DNA from: Octopus sinensis
Lineage: Eukaryota
DNA: 8,165 nt
Assembly (NCBI RefSeq): GCF_006345805.1
Contig: NW_021828522.1
Location: forward strand, 1-8,165
Direction of reading: 5' to 3'
Shown: piece by piece, positions 6,348 to 8,165 of the stretch
How the letters are laid out: each line of letters starts with the position of its first letter
How positions within the stretch are numbered: the stretch's first letter is position 1
Made by a program: the position numbers and the translations under genes
The notes under the pieces: model-generated
Database searches by the model: none
What the model was told of the DNA's origin: nothing
What the model saw: the letters and a program-made list of their open reading frames with translations, nothing else

Positions 6348-7845
6348 GTAGCGCTGCGTTACACCACGGTTGTTATCATCTTTCGGGAATTTACGGGACT
6401 GATCATGTCACCGTATCGACTTTGTGACGACAGCTCACCCACACTGCCGCCACCTGCTTCGGCACCGTCCACGTGGGCGACACCGCAAGCTTCGGTTCGT
6501 TCTAACGATATCGGACACGGTAGCGCTGCGTTACACCACGGGTGTTATCATCTTTTCGGGAATTTACGGCACGGACCATGTCACCGTATCGACAGCTCAC
6601 CCACACTGCCGCCACCTGCTTCGGTTCGCTCTAACGATATCGGACACGGTAGCGCTGCGTTACACCACGGGTGTTATCATCTTTCGGGAATTTACGGCAC
6701 GGACCATGTCACCGTATCGACTTTGTGACGACAGCTCAACCACACTGCCGCCACCTGCTTCGGTTCGCTCTAACGATATCGGACACGGTAGCGCTGCGTT
6801 ACACCACGGCTGTTATCATCTTTCGGGAATTTACGGCACGGACCATGTCACCGTATCGACTTTGTGACGACACCTCACCCACACTGCCGCCACCTGCTTC
6901 GGTTCGTTCTAACGATATCGGACACGGTAGCGCTGCGTTACACCACGGGTGTTATCATCTTTCGGGAATTTACGGCACGGACCATGTCACCGTATCGACA
7001 TTGTGACGACAGCTCACCCACACTGCCGCCACCTGCTTCGGTTCGTTCTAACGATATCGGACACGGTAGCGCTGCGTTACACCACGGGTGTTATCATCTT
7101 TCGGGAATTTACGGCACGGACCATGTCACCGTATCGACTTTGTGACGACAGCTCACCCACACTGCCGCCACCTGCTTCGGTTCGTTCTAACGATATCGGA
7201 CACGGTAGCGCTGCGTTACACCACGGGTGTTATCTTTCGGGAATTTACGGCACGGACCATGTCACCGTATCGACTTTGTGACGACAGCTCACCCACACTG
7301 CCGCCACCTGCTTCGGTTCGTTCTAACGATATCGGACACGGTAGCACTGCATTACACCACAGGTGTTATCATCTTTCGGGAATTTACGGCACGGACCATG
7401 TCACCGTATCGACTTTGTGACGACAGCTCACCCACACTGCCGCCACCTGCTTCGGTTTGCTCTAACGATATCGGACACGGTAGCGCTGCGTTACACCACG
7501 TGTGTTATCATCTTTTTGTGAATTTACGGCACGGACCATGTCACCGTATCGACTTTGTGACGACAGCTCGACCACACTGCCGCCACCTGCTTCGGCACCG
7601 TCGACGTGGGCGACACCGCAAGCTTCGGTTCGTTCTAACGATATCGGACACGGTAGCGCTGCGTTACACCACGGTTGTTATCATCTTTCGGGAATTTACG
7701 GGACGGATCATGTCACCGTATTATTGACTTTGTGACGACAGCTCGACCACACTGCCGCCACCTGCTTCGGCACCGTCCACGTGGGCGACATCGCAAGCTT
7801 CGGTTCGTACTAACGATATCGGGCACGGCAGTGCTGCGTTACACT
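6348..7845. repeat. Tandem satellite: ten full monomers (basic unit 139 bp) plus a partial eleventh
   Basis: The gtagcgctgcgttacac anchor (or a close variant) occurs at 6348, 6520, 6649, 6788, 6927, 7066, 7205, 7341, 7480, 7653 and 7828. Unit lengths are 172, 129, 139, 139, 139, 139, 136, 139, 173 and 175. Confidence 0.98.
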
Positions 7846-8111
7846 GGCGAGGTAGGAAGGAAGAGAGAAATGTCATGGAGCTCGCAAAGCGTGCAAGCAC
7901 CGTCGTCCGACGCCATGTGGGCGGGCCGACGCCGGCAGGGTGGTTGCGCGGTCGGCAGCAGAAGCAGGAAAAAGTGCGGCAAGTTGGCGGGCTGCCACTA
8001 CTACTACTACTACGCTGTTAGAGGGCCTAAACAAGAGCATTCGGTGGTACTCGGGCGGGTGGGCCCGGCCGCGACTTGTGGCTCGGCAAGTTTCGCGAAG
8101 AAACTGCACGC
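7846..8111. repeat. GC-rich block A, copy 2, with an internal (CTA)n expansion
   Basis: Direct repeat of 6062-6326 at a 1784-bp offset. Confidence 0.95.
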
Positions 8112-8165
8112 TAGGAGGCGAGGAACAATGGCCGCGCGTTACGGTGGTCATCGGAAGGCGCCGTG

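Larger units (their letters stand above)
6020..8165. other. CpG-island-like domain in an otherwise AT-rich subtelomere
   Basis: 15 CpGs were counted in the 139-bp consensus monomer, and block A is also CpG-dense. Composition switches sharply near 6020. Confidence 0.8.

Noticed and set aside
6291-7735. Eight overlapping plus-strand ORFs with repeated peptides
   Set aside because: They come from translating a 139-bp (non-triplet) GC-rich monomer. The frames rotate between units and there is no domain similarity.
6348-7845. CRISPR-like array
   Set aside because: The whole unit repeats and there are no unique spacers. The context is eukaryotic and no cas genes are present.
6001-8151. Paralogous minus-strand ORFs 6001-6324 and 7873-8151 as a gene pair
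   Set aside because: They are translations of block A. Indels between the copies change the frame after ...LLFRPSN, so coding is not conserved.

Overview
This window is a eukaryotic chromosome end. Bases 1-797 are a C-rich telomeric (CCCTAA)n array with many variant units, followed by a subtelomeric mosaic. The SINE fragments resemble octopus SINEs from memory, so the source is probably a cephalopod; this is not database-confirmed. Moving inward: (1) a minus-strand Helitron RepHel remnant (1767-2645) whose PIF1 helicase core is deleted, fusing the pre-Walker-A segment to motif VI and the C-terminus; (2) microsatellites and a duplicated SINE-plus-flank segment; (3) a terminally complete 763-bp non-autonomous Helitron (4147-4909; A|TC...hairpin-CTAG|T); (4) a three-exon minus-strand gene fragment missed by the ORF track (6003-5802, 5620-5546, 5205-5119), ending in a truncated calcium-binding EGF module ([29 protein letters not shown]); (5) a CpG-rich composite satellite, with a ~265-bp block A, ten full 129-175-bp B monomers plus a partial one, then block A again (1784 bp between A copies). 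No intact protein-coding gene is supported. Most ORFs in the track are by-products of repeats.
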